DNA of 64,000 nt from Eledone cirrhosa (GCA_964016885.1 OZ024759.1:9052001-9116000); one strand, 5' to 3'; counted from the first letter of the stretch, positions 1 through 13,510 are shown. Translations and numbers: made by a program. Notes: generated from the letters alone by a model not told the origin.

Positions 1-931
1 CAAACGGCCACAGGAAACAAGCACTCTCAAACTCTGGGAGGGCTCTGTAGAAAGAGCAGACAGCTTTTTCTACCTACGTGACCGAATTAACAGCGGAGGT
101 GGGTAAGAACGGGATGGAAGAAGTTCAGGGAGCTACTGCCACTGCTAGCTGCAAAAGGCTTTTCCCTCAAAATGAAAGGCAGACTGTATGATGCATGTAT
201 ACAAACAGCAATGTTACATGGTAGTGAGACCTGGGCACTGTCTGTAGAAGACTTGCGTAGATTAGAAAGAATGAAGTTTGCATGCTCCGATGGATGTGTA
301 ATAGTAATATATGTGAACGGCAAAGCATAAACGAATTGGGAGAGAGACTGAGGATAAGAGGAATCAAATGCTACGTGCAGGAGAGGAGGTTGCGTTGGTA
401 TGGACATGTGGTGTATATGAAGGATGACAGCTGCATAAAAAGGTGCAGAGCACTAGAAGTTGATGGAAGCCGTGGAGTGGGGAGACCCAAGAAGACCTGG
501 GATGAGGTGATAAAAGCTGATCTTGCCCAATTACACCTCTCAAAGGCGATGACACAGGACCGTGACCTCTGGCGTCACGCAGCAATATAGAAGACCCGAC
601 TTCCCACGGGTACAAGCCGAAGCTGAAGCATATAGACAATATGCCCCCACACCCTCCCACTGCAAAGTGGTCGTGGAGGTGGCATGGCAAAAAAAGCACT
701 CAGCCCACACTGTAAAGTGGACATGTAGGTGCCACGGTAAAAAAAGCACCCAGCACTCACTGTAAATGAGGTTGGTGTTAGGAAGGGCATCCAGCTGTAG
801 AAATCAAACCAGAATCAGTTCGCGTATGAGAAAGACAAGGTCAGTCGACCGGACACTGCCCACAACAGGACAACCCGTCTAATCCCTGCTAGCGTGGAAG
901 AACGGACGTAAAACGGTGATGATGATGATGA
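1..931 (+). mobile_element. RTE-clade LINE 3' fragment (RT C-terminus, 3' UTR, (GAT)n tail), degenerate
   Basis: LHGSETW, RRLRWYGHV and GRPKKTW motifs with frameshifts; ends cggacgtaaaacggt(gat)n. Confidence 0.88.
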
Positions 932-998
932 TATATACATATTTATATATATATTATCATCATCATCATTATGATACATACTTCATATATATTGTCAG

Positions 999-1031
<33 letters not shown>

Positions 1032-1248
1032 ACAAAGAGCTTCTACAGAGCTTCTCTCTATAAAATTTCACTGACAAGGAATTGGTTAACCTGCTGAAGG
1101 TGCCACACTGTGGGATTCCATCTAACACAATGTGATTGCAAGCTGAACTCCTTAACATAACCATACAACCATGTCTGTATCAAATATATTCTTTTCTTAC
1201 TTGCTTTAATATTCTCTACAATTATTTTATGTTTTTCTATATTTTCAG

Positions 1249-2505
1249 CTTTCGCCATGTCTCCTGGGTGACCCTTACTTTAATATATCTCGGGCAACAG
1301 TGACACTCTCGGACACCATCGTCATATACAGAAGCAGTTGTAACTGTATTGTCATCAACAACAAACTTGATCAGAGTAAATACAATGTTACCCTCACCCT
1401 CACTAAAAACGCCCACAGAACCTCTACACAGCTCATTATCCACGTACTATCTGTAAATAGTGACCCACCTGAAATCCTGTTCCCAAAAGATGTGGTTGAT
1501 GTACTAGATAATGTATCCCCTGGTTATGTGATCAGCAATGTAATAGCAAAAGACAATGACTTCACCCCAGGGTTCACATTTTACTTGACCGAGACTTACA
1601 ACAAATTCCATATTGACTCCATCAACGGAAATTTGACAGTTGTCAACAGTTTAGATTATCTAGTTACGTCTTTGTACAATTTGACTGTATTTGTTCAGGA
1701 TCGAGGCTCCCCCCCACTCAACTCACACAAATTACTGATAGTTAAGGTTATTAACAGCAACAAGTTTGCTCCAAACTTCCTACCTTCGCTGGTGACAACC
1801 AAAGAAGTTGATGAGAATTCCAATGGTGACATTCTTTCAGTAACTGCCAAAGATGATGACCCCTCTGATAGTATTACATATGAAATAACCAATGGAAACA
1901 TCGACCAGGCATTTGAAATAAACAGAAACACTGGACTTATATCCGTGAAAAATAATAAAGCTCTCAATTTTGAAGTTACGCAGACATTCAAACTTAACAT
2001 AACAGCAACTGACTCTGCAAAGAATCCCAAATCAGCATCAATAGAGATTACAATCAATTTGAAGGATACTAATGACAATTCCCCAATCTTCCATTCTTTA
2101 ACTTACTTTGCAAAAAAACTTCCTATTGAGCCAGGAGAGAATGTGTTTGAAGTGCATGCTAGTGATATGGACACTGCTGAAAACAACAACAATGTCATCA
2201 AATACGCACAGTTGAACTATGAAAACCTATTTAAAATTAATGAAATGACAGGAGTGGTGACAAGTAAGACAAATTTGACACAACCCAAGACATATTTCAT
2301 GGTTTTCCAGGCCTGTGATGGAGGATACTTATGTAACAACCAAACAGTACAACTATTAACTAGTTCTAATGTACCAATCATTGTAAATGTAAAAGAAAAC
2401 ATTTCTGATGCATTCGTCGTGGACATATCAAATATTTCCAGCAGAGTGGATGTTACTTATTATTTGAAAACCTGCAGTAATTTTTTCACCATCAACAGCA
2501 AAACT
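1249..2505 (+). CDS. Large cadherin-repeat protein (CDH23/Cad87A/Fat-like), internal exon A, 419 aa
   Basis: Acceptor ttttcag|CTT, donor ACT|gtaagt. EC motifs: AKDND, LDY, VQDRGSPP, DEN, AKDDD, LNFE, DTNDNSPIF, ASDMD. Phase 0/0. Confidence 0.93.
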
Positions 2506-2587
2506 GTAAGTTGAATGTTGTTTCAGAAAATACATTTTTACTTTTAACATCCTTTATTCATTCAGCAAAAAATGTCACAAGTTAGTT

Positions 2588-3230
2588 TAATTCAAATGTT
2601 TATATCTTTATAATGTGACAGATTGTTCTGAAAATTTACAATATTAGGGTAAACACTTTCAGTTCTAATATAATGCAGTTACAGTTCTGTTTTATACTTT
2701 TAAAGAATTTAGTTTCAGGTGGTTTGTTAATTCAAATGTTTATATCTTTATAAGGTGACAGATTGTTCTGAAAATTTACAATATTAGGGTAAACACTTTC
2801 AGTTCTAATATAATGCAGTTACAATTCGGTTTTATACTTTTAAAGAATTTAGTTTCAGGTGGTTTGTTAATTCAAATGTTTATATCTTTATAAGGTGACA
2901 GATTGTTCTGAAAATTTACAATATTAGGGTAAACACTTTCAGTTCTAATATAATGCAGTTACAATTCGGTTTTATACTTTTAAAGAATTTAGTTTCAGGT
3001 GGTTTGTTAATTCAAATGTTTATATCTTTATAAGGTGACAGATTGTTCTGAAAATTTACAATATTAGGATAAAGACTTTCAGTTCTAATATGATGCAGCC
3101 ACAGTGCTGTTTTATACGTTTAAAGAATTTAGTTTCAGGTGGTTTGTTAATTCAAATGTTTATAGTATCTTTACTAGAGAACAAATTGTTGTGAAAAAAT
3201 GAAATGTTAAAGAGATTTTAATTTCTAATA
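2588..3230. repeat. 140-bp tandem repeat, ~4.5 copies
   Basis: ttcaaatgtt at 2591, 2731, 2871, 3011 and 3151; diverged monomers also near 53730-54085. Confidence 0.9.
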
Positions 3231-3367
3231 TGAAAGAGCCATGATGTTTGATAATTTTGAAAAATATCTTACTAATATTGTTCCATATGATACAGGACAT
3301 TAAAAGTTCACTGTCCATCAAACCTGGCAGCAGGTTCTGGTATTAGAAATAATATAAATTGAGATTA

Positions 3368-3686
3368 TAGCACAGGGCACTATGTCAAAGGCTTTCTCCA
3401 GATCAACAAATGCCAGGTAGAGTGGCTTACCTTTAGCTAGGTACTTTTCCTGTAACTGCCTCACAAGGAAGAGGGCATCTGTGGTGCCTTTTCCTGGCAC
3501 AAACCCAAATTGCATCTCATCTAGTTTCAACCGGTCCCTAATCAACTGTGCTATAACTCTTTCTATTACTTTCATGACCTGGTCCATCAGTTTTATACCT
3601 CTATAGTTTTGTCTATCTTGTACATCTCCTTTACCCGTGTAGCAGTTGACGATGATGCTTTTGCATCAATCCTTTGGTATGACACA
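3368..3686 (-). mobile_element. RTE LINE internal RT fragment
   Basis: QFGFVPGKGTTDALF...AFVDLEKAFD. Confidence 0.85.
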
Positions 3687-3857
3687 TATATATATGACAA
3701 GCCAATGGACAGTTTCTGTCCACCAAACTCCACTCATGTCACATTGGTCAGTACAAGGCTAAAGTAGATGTCATATGTGTTATTAAGTTGTTTAAGCACA
3801 CAGCTATGTTTGCCCCTCTTCTCTCTCATCACATTAGCCCTCTGTAATAACTTCTTT

Positions 3858-4232
3858 TACGGGGGTCAACTGAAAAGTCCATAGTCTGACCAAGATACTC
3901 TCATGGAATAACCAAACGAGGTTTATTTTTCAACATATCCCTGGAAACAAACAACCATCGGACACCATGCTTTGCAGCATAGAGTTATGGCCCTTTGCGT
4001 TCTGAGTTCAACTACCACCAAAGTTAGCTTTGCCTTTCATCCTTACGGGGTCAATAAAATTAAATACCAGTAACATACTGGGGTCGATTTAATCAACTTT
4101 CCCCTCCCCCAAAATTGCTGGCCTTGTGCCTAAATCAGAAACCATTATTAATAATAAGAGTTGAGATTAATGCATGCAAGATTTCACAGCTCTAGCAGGG
4201 TGAGTCTAAGAACTTTTCAGCCGACTCTCGTA
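3858..4232. mobile_element. Tc1/mariner-like MITE (TA-flanked), interrupted by a SINE
   Basis: TIRs tacgggggtcaactgaaaagt / acttttcagccgactctcgta; second copy at 61575-61772. Confidence 0.65.
3955..4155 (+). mobile_element. Meta-type SINE nested in a mariner-like MITE
   Basis: Same body as 5737-5915. Confidence 0.75.
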
Positions 4233-4281
4233 TCTGTATTCTTTTTTTATTTAAATTCATTTTTGTTGTTTTCTCTTCTAG

Positions 4282-4383
4282 GGTATTCTAAGGACCACAT
4301 CCCCTCTAAGATGGAACATCCTTCAAACCAATCTGACAGCAATTATTGTTGAAGATTCACCCCTGAATTCTACTGAAATCACA
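4282..4383 (+). CDS. Cadherin exon B (GILRTTSPLRWN...STEIT)
   Basis: ttctag|GGT ... ACA|gtaagc, 102 nt, phase 0/0. Continues FTINSKT|GIL as expected for an EC strand. Not in the ORF track. Confidence 0.85.
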
Positions 4384-4401
4384 GTAAGCATGTTACACTC
4401 T

Positions 4402-6752
4402 ATATATTAATAGGTTAATACCTACGTACCGTACGTCAGACCGTGTGTGTCACACTTTCAGTAATATATATATTAATAGGTTAATACCTACGTACCGTAC
4501 GTCAGACCGTGTGTGTCACACTTTCAGTAATATATATATTAATAGGTTAATACCTACGTACCGTACGTCAGACCGTGTGTGTCACACTTTCAGTAATATA
4601 TATATTAATAGGTTAATACCTACGTACCGTATGTCAGACCGTGTGTGTCACACTTTCAGTAATATATATATTAATAGGTTAATACCTACGTACCGTAAGT
4701 CAGACCGTGTGTGTCACACTTTCAGTAATATATATATTAATAGGTTAATACCTACGTACCGTAAGTCAGACCGTGTGTGTCACACTTTCAGTAATATATA
4801 TATTAATAGGTTAATACCTACATACCGTACGTCAGACCGTGTGTGTCACACTTTCAGTAATATATATATTAATAGGTTAATACCTACGTACCGTAAGTCA
4901 GACCGTGTGTGTCACACTTTCAGTAATATATATATTAATAGGTTAATACCTACGTACCGTATGTCAGACCGTGTGTGTCACACTTTCAGTAATATATATA
5001 TTAATAGGTTAATACCTACGTACCGTATGTCAGACCGTGTGTGTCACACTTTCAGTAATATATATATTAATAGGTTAATACCTACGTACCGTAAGTCAGA
5101 CCGTGTGTGTCACACTTTCAGTAATATATATATTAATAGGTTAATACCTACATACCGTACGTCAGACCGTGTGTGTCACACTTTCAGTAATATATATATT
5201 AATAGGTTAATACCTACGTACCGTATGTCAGACCGTGTGTGTCACACTTTCAGTAATATATATATTAATAGGTTAATACCTACGTACCGTAAGTCAGACC
5301 GTGTGTGTCACACTTTCAGTAATATATATATTAATAGGTTAATACCTACATACCGTACGTCAGACCGTGTGTGTCACACTTTCAGTAATTTATATATTAA
5401 TAGGTTAATACCTACGTACCGTACGTCAGACCATGTCTGTCACACTTTCAGTAATATATATATTAATAGGTTAATACCTACGTACCGTACGTCAGACCGT
5501 GTGTGTCACACTTTCAGTAATATATATATTAATAGGTTAATACCTACGTACCGTATGTCAGACCGTGTGTGTCACACTTTCAGTAATATATATATTAATA
5601 GGTTAATACCTACGTACCGTACGTCAGACCATGTCTGTCACACTTTCAGTAATATATATATTAATAGGTTAATACCTACGTACCGTATGTCAGACCGTGT
5701 GTGTCACACTTTCAGTAATATATATATTAATAGGTTGATTGGCAGTATCGGTAGAGGGTCGGACGCCATGCTTTCAGCATAGTTACGTCCCTTTACGATC
5801 TGAGTTCAAATCCCGCCGAGGTTGACTTTGCCTTTCATCCTTACGGGGTCGATAAAATAAAGTACCAGTAATGCACTGGGTAATTGCTGGCCTTGTGCCT
5901 AAAGTAGAAACAATTAATAGGTTAATACCTACGTACCGTATGTCAGACTATGTGTCACACTTTCAGTAATATATATATTAATAGGTTAATACCTACGTAC
6001 CGTATGTCAGACCGTGTGTGTCACACTTTCAGTAATATATATATTAATAGGTTAATACCTACGTACCGTATGTCAGACCATGTGTGTCACACTTTCAGTA
6101 ATATATATATTAATAGGTTAATACCTACGTACCGTATGTCAGACCATGTGTGTCACACTTTCAGTAATATATATATTAATAGGTTAATACCTACGTACCG
6201 TACGTCAGACCGTGTGTCACACTTTCAGTAATATATATATTAATAGGTTAATACCTACGTACCGTACGTCAGACCGTGTGTCACACTTTCAGTAATATAT
6301 ATATTAATAGGTTAATACCTACGTACCGTATGTCAGACCATGTCTGTCACACTTTCAGTAATATATATATTAATAGGTTAATACCTACGTACCGTATGTC
6401 AGACCGTGTGTCACACTTTCAGTAATATATATATTAATAGGTTAATACCTACGTACCGTACGTCAGACCGTGTGTGTCACACTTTCAGTAATATATATAT
6501 TAATAGGTTAATACCTACGTACCGTACGTCAGACCATGTGTCACACTTTCAGTAATATATATATTAATAGGTTAATACCTACGTACCGTACGTCAGACCA
6601 TGTGTGTCACACTTTCAGCAATATATATATTAATAGGTTAATACCTACGTACCGTATGTCAGACCGTGTGTGTCACACTTTCAGTAATATATATATTAAT
6701 AGGTTAATACCTACGTACCGTATGTCAGACCATGTGTGTCACACTTTCAGTA
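4402..6752. repeat. 66-bp minisatellite, ~33 copies
   Basis: Unit tattaataggttaatacctacgtaccgtaYgtcagaccgtgtgtgtcacactttcagtaatatata. Confidence 0.97.
5737..5915 (+). mobile_element. tRNA-derived SINE with Meta-domain-like body, inserted in the 66-bp array
   Basis: B box gagttcaaatccc; body gcctttcatccttacggggtcgataaaataaagtaccag; ttaataggtt repeated on both sides (TSD-like). Confidence 0.85.
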
Positions 6753-7156
6753 ATTACATAGTAATTTATCTATAATATGAGAAACAGAACTCAACAGCGA
6801 CGAAATGCCATAATTGAAGAGCAGCCTTTGAGCAACGGCGATGAACAGCGAGAGAGTTAAAGTAATACCTCAAAACCAATTCACCCATGGCCACAGAAGG
6901 GGAATCACCTTTACTAGAAACATTGTATATAGGGAAGTGCTTTAAAGGATGTTTTTTATGTGTACTTTTATGAAATTAATTTTAAATTAATTTACATTAT
7001 TATACGTAAAATAAAGGAAAATATAATTGTTTATTCACTAAAATACTACAAATCAAACAACTTAACTGATAAATATTCATTGGACAATATTTAAATTTCA
7101 AAAATTATCCGTGAATTTTTTCACGGGTCCAGCTAGTTATTATTATTATCGGTATA

Positions 7157-8183
7157 GTGGATTGGCAGTATCGGTAGAGGGTCGGACGCCATGTTAGGGT
7201 GGTGGATTGGCAGTATCGGTAGAGGGTCGGACGCCATGTTAGGGTGGTGGATTGGCAGTATCGGTAGAGGGTCGGACGCCATGTAAGGGCGGTGGATTGG
7301 CAGTATCGGTAGAGGGTCGGACGCCATGTAAGGGCGGTAGATTGGCAGTATCGGTAGAGGGTCGGACGCCATGTAAGGGCGGTGGATTGGCAGTATCGGT
7401 AGAGGGTCGGACGCCATGTTAGGGTGGTGGATTGGCAGTATCGGTAGAGGGTCGGACGCCATGTTAGGGTGGTGGATTGGCAGTATCGGTAGAGGGTCGG
7501 ACGCCATGTTAGGGCGGTGGATTGGCAGTATCGGTAGAGGGTCGGACGCCATGTTAGGGTGGTGGATTGGCAGTATCGGTAGAGGGTCGGACGCCATGTA
7601 AGGGCGGTGGATTGGCAGTATCGGTAGAAGGTCGGACGCCATGTTAGGGTGGTGGATTGGCAGTATCGGTAGAAGGTCGGACGCCATGTAAGGGCGGTGG
7701 ACTGGCAGTATCGGTAGAGGGTCGGACGCCATGTAAGGGCGGTGGATTGGCAGTATCGGTAGAGGGTCGGACGCCATGTAAGGGCGGTGGATTGGCAGTA
7801 TCGGTAGAGGGTCGGACGCCATGTAAGGGCGGTGGACTGGCAGTATCGGTAGAGGGTCGGACGCCATGTAAGGGCGGTGGACTGGCAGTATCGGTAGAGG
7901 GTCGGACGCCATGTAAGGGCGGTGGATTGGCAGTATCGGTAGAGGGTCGGACGCCATGTAAGGGCGGTGGATTGGCAGTATCGGTAGAGGGTCGGACGCC
8001 ATGTTAGGGCGGTGGATTGGCAGTATCGGTAGAGGGTCGGACGCCATGTAACGGCGGTGGATTGGCAGTATCGGTAGAGGGTCGGACGCCATGTAACGGC
8101 GGTAGATTGGCAGTATCGGTAGAGGGTCGGACGCCATGTAACGGCGGTAGATTGGCAGTATCGGTAGAGGGTTGGACGCCATG
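7157..8183. repeat. 45-bp minisatellite made of the SINE 5' head, ~23 copies
   Basis: Unit ggcggtggattggcagtatcggtagagggtcggacgccatgtaag. Confidence 0.95.
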
Positions 8184-8530
8184 CTTTCCAGCATAGTTAC
8201 GTCCCTTTACGGTTTGAGTTCAAATCTCGTCGAGGTTAACTTTGCCTTTCATCCTTACGGGGTCGATAAAATAAAGTACCAGTAATATCCTGGGTAATTG
8301 CTGGCCTTGTGCCTAAAGTAGAAACGATTATTTTGGTAGAGCAGCAGACACCCTGTTTCACAGCATAGAGTTACAGCCCTTTACACTCTGAGTTCAAATC
8401 CCACCGAGGTTAGCTTTGTCTTTCGTCCTTGAGGAGTGGATAAAATAATGTACCAGTAATGCAATGGGGTCGATTTAATCGCCTTTTCTCTCCCTCAAAA
8501 TTGCTGGCCTTGTGTCTAAAGTAGAAACGA
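8140..8530 (+). mobile_element. Two tandem Meta-type SINE copies
   Basis: Same head and body as 5737-5915. Confidence 0.8.
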
Positions 8531-8816
8531 TTTTTTTTGTTGGAGGAGAAAGTTAGTGGACACAATCTAAAGTTGGTTCCATTGCTGGAGTCTTAATGAA
8601 ACACACCCAGTACACTCTGTAGTGGTTGTGCAGGTAATACATGCTAAAAGTACATTCTGTAAGGTGGTTGGTATTAGGAAGGGCATCCAGCCATATAAAC
8701 CATGCCAAAAATGGAAATTATGAGCAAGGTGTGGTCACCTGACCTGTCTCGCCTCAGAATGTGACAACCTCTTTAACTCATTAAACATTAAATGGTGTCA
8801 ATGCTGATGATGATGA

Positions 8817-8845
<29 letters not shown>

Positions 8846-8851
<6 letters not shown>

Positions 8852-8945
8852 TGAGATTCTACAGGACTAGAACTGTTTCATTCTTTAGAAATCGATGATT
8901 TCTAAAGAATGAAACAGTTCTAGTCCTGTAGAATCTCATCTATAT
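8846..8945. repeat. Perfect ~48-bp-arm inverted repeat with 3-nt loop
   Basis: ...agaaatc(gat)gatttct...; same family as 16917-17050. Confidence 0.9.
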
Positions 8946-9021
8946 TAAAACTTTTATACTCTGCAATGTATTGAGTATCTTACTTACTGTGGTTACCTCC
9001 GATTCAACCCGGAATAACGTA

Positions 9022-9055
<34 letters not shown>

Positions 9056-9057
<2 letters not shown>

Positions 9058-10138
9058 CAGAGGATAGAAAGTTCAAGCATGTTCTACAACGTGAGGACCA
9101 AAAACGTGAGGTGTTCAGGATTGCTAGACAATGTGTCAAGGAAAATTGTGATATTGTCGGGGAGAAGTGTGTCCGTAATGATAACGGTGTACTTGCCCTC
9201 ACTGATATTGATAAGATAGCCTGGAAGTGTCACTACGAGAGACTATTAAATGAGGAAAATAAATGGGAAAAAGATAGTCTGCCCCAAATCGATCCAATAG
9301 ATGGACCAGCAGTGCAAGTTAAAGGTAGTATAATAAGTAAGGCAATCAAAGATATGAAGACAGGCAAGGCAGCTGGGCCTTCGGAGATAGTTGTTGAGAT
9401 GTTGAAGGCATCTGATATGGTGGGACATACTATGGTCACCCGTATAGGGTAAAGGGGAAACTATAGAGGCATTAAGTTAGTTGACCAGGTCATGAGGTCA
9501 CAGAAAGAGTTATAGCACACCTAATCATAGCTTTTGTGGACACTTTCCGTTACCTAGGTGACAAAATCAGCAGTGGTGGAGGGTGCTCTGAAAGTACAGC
9601 AGCCAGAGTCAGAACGGGATGGAAAAAGTTCAGAGAGCTTATACCGCTGTTGGCCACAAAAGGTTTCTCTCTAAAAATGAAAGGCAGGCTGTATGATGCC
9701 TGTATACGAACAGCAATGTTACATGGCAGTGAGACCTGGGCATTGTGTGCAGAGGACCTGTGCAGACTGGAAAGGAACGAAGCATGCATGCTCCGTTGGA
9801 TGTGTAATAGTAATATACGTGAACGGCAAAGCATAAATGAACTAAGTGAGAAATTAGGAATAAGAGGGATCAGATGCTGTTTACTCGAGAGAAGACTACG
9901 TTGGTATGGTCACGTGATGCGCATGAAAGACGACAGTTGTATAAAAAAGTGCAGGGCAATCAAAATTGATGGAAGTTACGGAGTAGGCAGACCCAGAAAA
10001 ACCTGGGACGATTTGATAAATTCCAACCTTACACACTTACACCTCTCCAAGACAATGTCACTGGACCGAGATCTTTGGCGCTACACAGTAATACAGAAAA
10101 CCCGCCTTGCCTATGTACAAAGTGAAACCTACTCTTAA
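9056..10138 (+). mobile_element. RTE LINE fragment with internal deletion of the RT core
   Basis: GKAAGPSEIVVEMLK region joined to FRYLGD...RRLRWYGHV...GRPRKTW. Confidence 0.85.
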
Positions 10139-10207
10139 CCAAATATACACCCCAATGTTCCATGTTGTTATATGAGCTCTTTATAAGTATCTGTCTGTGT
10201 TGTCTAG

Positions 10208-10382
10208 GTAACCGTTATTATAGAAGATATCAATGATCACCAACCACAGTTCAATCAGCCGTTGTATCAATTTGATGTTGTTGAAAACAGTGAAGCGACG
10301 TTTATTATCCAAGCCAAAGATGTTGACAGTTTACTTAATGCCAACATTACATATTTTGTTCAGCAATCAACCCCTATCAAAA
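10208..10382 (+). CDS. Cadherin exon C (VTVIIEDINDHQPQF...AKDVD...PIK)
   Basis: tgtctag|GTA ... A|gtaaga. DxNDxxPxF and AxDxD motifs. Phase 0/1. Confidence 0.92.
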
Positions 10383-10542
10383 GTAAGATACATATCTCTC
10401 TATCTCTCTCCCATTTATATGTATATATATACAATAATTTAAGGGTAAGCAATTGTCTAGACAAATGTATCCACATTATGCGTGTTTGTACGAAAGTTGT
10501 TATAAGATCGATTTTTTACCATCCATATATATATATATATAC

Positions 10543-11111
10543 ATAAGAGGAATCAAATGCTGTGTGCAGGAGAGGCGGTTGCGCTGGTATGGACATGTGA
10601 TGCGTATGAAGGATGACAGCTGCATAAAAAGGTGCAGAGCACTAGAAGTTGATGGAAACCGCGGAGTGGGGAGACCCAAGATGACCTGGGATGAGGTGAT
10701 AAAAGCCGACCTTACCCAATTGCACCTCTCAAAGGCAATGACACACGACCGTGACTTCTGGCGTCACGCAGTAATACAGAGTACCCGACCTCCCATGGGT
10801 ACAAGCTGAAAAATATAGACAATATGCCCCCCCCCCCCCCCCACCGCAAGGTGGTCGTGGAGGTGCCACGGCAAAAAAGCACCCAGCCCACACTGTAAAG
10901 TGGACGTGTAGGCGCCACGGAAAAAGCACCCAGCACTCACTGTAAATGAGGTTGGTGTTAGGAAGGGCATCCAGCTGTAGAAATCAAGCCAAATCAGTTC
11001 CTGTATGAGCAAGGCATGGTCAGCCGACCAGACACTGCCCACAACAGGACAACCCATCTAACCCATGCTAGCGTGGAAGAACGGACGTAAAACGGTGATG
11101 ATGATGATGAT
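10543..11111 (+). mobile_element. RTE LINE 3' end (same family as 1-931)
   Basis: High similarity to 354-931; (GAT)n tail. Confidence 0.88.
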
Positions 11112-11214
11112 AGATGCATTGCCTTAGAAAAATCAGATAGCAAGTCAAAGAACTTACATGGATGGTAAAATTGCTAGACAAATGTTGTTTTAGTGCCTTT
11201 TTTATACTTGAAGA

Positions 11215-11384
11215 TAAGCCACTTCGAATATAAGCTAACCCCACTATTTTATGCCTGATAAATGGGCAAAAATCCAAAGCCCATTTATAAGCCAAGGCAT
11301 ATTGTTTAGATATATAAGCCACCCACCCCTCATTTTGATTCTTTGGTCATATATTCCTTGGCTTATATTTGTGAATATACGGCA
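11215..11384. mobile_element. Possible pogo/Tc2-like MITE remnant
   Basis: Repeated tataagcc motifs and a terminal ggcttatatt...aatatacgg. Confidence 0.4.
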
Positions 11385-11396
11385 CATATATATATA

Positions 11397-11918
11397 TTAA
11401 AATATAAGTATTAATAAAATAGATGTTCTTTTGATCAATTACATTTTATTATACCATTTAACATCTCAGGGTATGTTAATAAAAGAGGTATTAATAAAAT
11501 AGGGTATTAATAAAATAGGTATTAATAAAATAGGGTATTAATAAAATAGATGTTCTTTTGATCAATTACATTTTATTATACCATTTAACATCTCAGGGTA
11601 TGTTAATAAAATAGGTATTAATAAAATAGGGTATTAATAAAATAGGTATTAATAAAATAGGGTATTAATAAAATAGATGTTCTTTTGATCAATTACATTT
11701 TATTATACCATTTAACATCTCAGGGTATGTTAATAAAATAGGTATTAATAAAATAGGGTATTAATAAAATAGGTATTAATAAAATAGGTATTAATAAAAT
11801 AGGGTATTAATAAAATAGGGTATTAATAAAATAGGTATTAATAAAATAGGGTATTAATAAAATAGATGTTCTTTTGATCAATTACATTTTATTATACCAT
11901 TTAACATCTCAGGGTATG
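11397..11918. repeat. Compound tandem repeat (16/17-mer plus ~70-mer) of the antisense hammerhead flank
   Basis: gtattaataaaatag(g) units and 4 copies of atagatgttcttttgatcaattacattttattata. Confidence 0.85.
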
Positions 11919-11927
11919 TCATGTATC

Positions 11928-11990
11928 ATTATATTTTGTCTGATGAGGACGTACTGTTGTACATCCGAAATATGTATAATAAAATGTAAT
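11928..11990 (+). ncRNA. Minimal type-I hammerhead ribozyme
   Basis: attatattttgt-CTGATGA-ggacgtac(tgtt)gtacatcc-GAAA-t(atgt)a-TA-ataaaatgtaat; 12-bp helix I with GU pairs. Confidence 0.8.
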
Positions 11991-12160
11991 TGATCAAAAG
12001 AACATCTATTTTATTAATACTTATATTTTATATTAATAACTCCTGAAAATAAGTTAGTACTGTTGAGTGCTTCCAATCTACTGTAAAACTCATTCTTTGA
12101 CATAATCATTGAATATTGTTTAACAACTTAATACTTATATATATCTATATATCTATATGA

Positions 12161-12440
12161 GGTTGGTGTTAGGAAGGACATCCAGCTGTAGAAGCCATGC
12201 TCCCGGTACACTCTGTATAGTGGTTGGTGTTAGGAAGGACATCCAGTGGTAGAAGTCATGCTCCCAGTACACTCTGTATAGTGGTTGGTGTTAGGAAGGA
12301 CATCCAGTGGTAGAAGCCATGCTCCCGGTACACTCTGTATAGTGGTTGGTGTTAGGAAGGACATCCAGTGGTAGAAGCCATGCTCCCGGTACACTCTGTA
12401 TAGTGGTTGGTGTTAGGAAGGACATCCAGTGGTAGAAGTC
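12161..12440. repeat. 61-bp tandem repeat derived from an RTE/SINE UTR segment
   Basis: ggttggtgttaggaaggacatccag x5. Confidence 0.85.
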
Positions 12441-12559
12441 AAGCCAGAGTCAGTTCTGTATGAGCAAGACATGGTCAACTGACCTGGCATTGCCCACAAC
12501 TGGACAACCCGTCTAACCCATGCTAGCATTGATGTAAGACGGTGATGATGGTGATGATG

Positions 12560-13378
12560 ATATATGTATGTGTATATATATGTATGTGTGTGTATATATG
12601 CGTATGTCTGTATGTATGTTTATATGCGTATGTCTGTATGTATGTTTATATGTGTATGTATGTATATATGTATGTGTGTGTATATGTGTGTGTATATATG
12701 TATGTGTATATATGAGCATGTGTATATATGAGCATGTGTATATGTATGTGTATATATATGTATGTGTGTATATATGTATGTGTATATATGTATGTGTATA
12801 TATATATATGTGTGTATATATATGTTTGTGTGTGTATATACGTGTGTGTGTATATGTTTGTGTGTATATATGTATGTATATATATATATATTTTTGTTTT
12901 TATATATGTATGTGTATGTATTTGTTTGTGTGTGTATATATTTATGCGTGTATATATATGTTTGTGTATATATATATATGTATGTGTATATATATGTATG
13001 TGTCTGTATATATGTGTGTCTGTATATATGTATATATGTATGTCTGTATACATGTATGTCTGTATATATGTGTGTGTGTATATATGTATGTGTGTGTATA
13101 TATGTATATATATGTTTGTGTCTGTATATATGTGTGTCTGTATATATGTATGTCTGTATATATATATGTATGTCTGTATACATGTATGTCTGTATATATG
13201 TGTGTGTATATATGTATGTGTGTGTATATATGTATATATATGTTTGTGTCTGTATATATGTGTGTCTGTATATATGTATGTCTGTATACATGTATGTCTG
13301 TATACATGTATGTCTGTATATATGTGTGTGTATATATGTATGTGTGTGTATATATGTATATATATGTTTGTGTGTGTA
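12560..13378. repeat. (TA/TG)n compound microsatellite
   Basis: Direct inspection. Confidence 0.95.
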
Positions 13379-13418
13379 TTTAACACTGTTGCTGACCACC
13401 ATCTTGTTTTATGTCCAG

Positions 13419-13510
13419 ATGGAGATATTGTCATTAATGCCATCACTGGTCAACTGACCATAACCAACCTGGACAGAGAAGAAATGTCTAACTACAAATT
13501 TCATGTTACA
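13419..13510 (+). CDS. Cadherin exon D (GDIVINAITGQLTITNLDREE...)
   Basis: tccag|AT ... ACA|gtaagt. LDRE motif. Phase 1/0. Confidence 0.92.

Noticed and set aside
1249-2505. Clustered cephalopod protocadherin gene
   Set aside because: The exon is internal and splices to many small EC exons, giving about 10 or more repeats. That does not fit a 6-7 EC protocadherin encoded mainly by one large exon.
4445-8194. Long ORFs of 445 aa and 353 aa with periodic peptides
   Set aside because: They are translations of 66-bp and 45-bp minisatellites (multiples of 3) inside introns, with no coding evidence.
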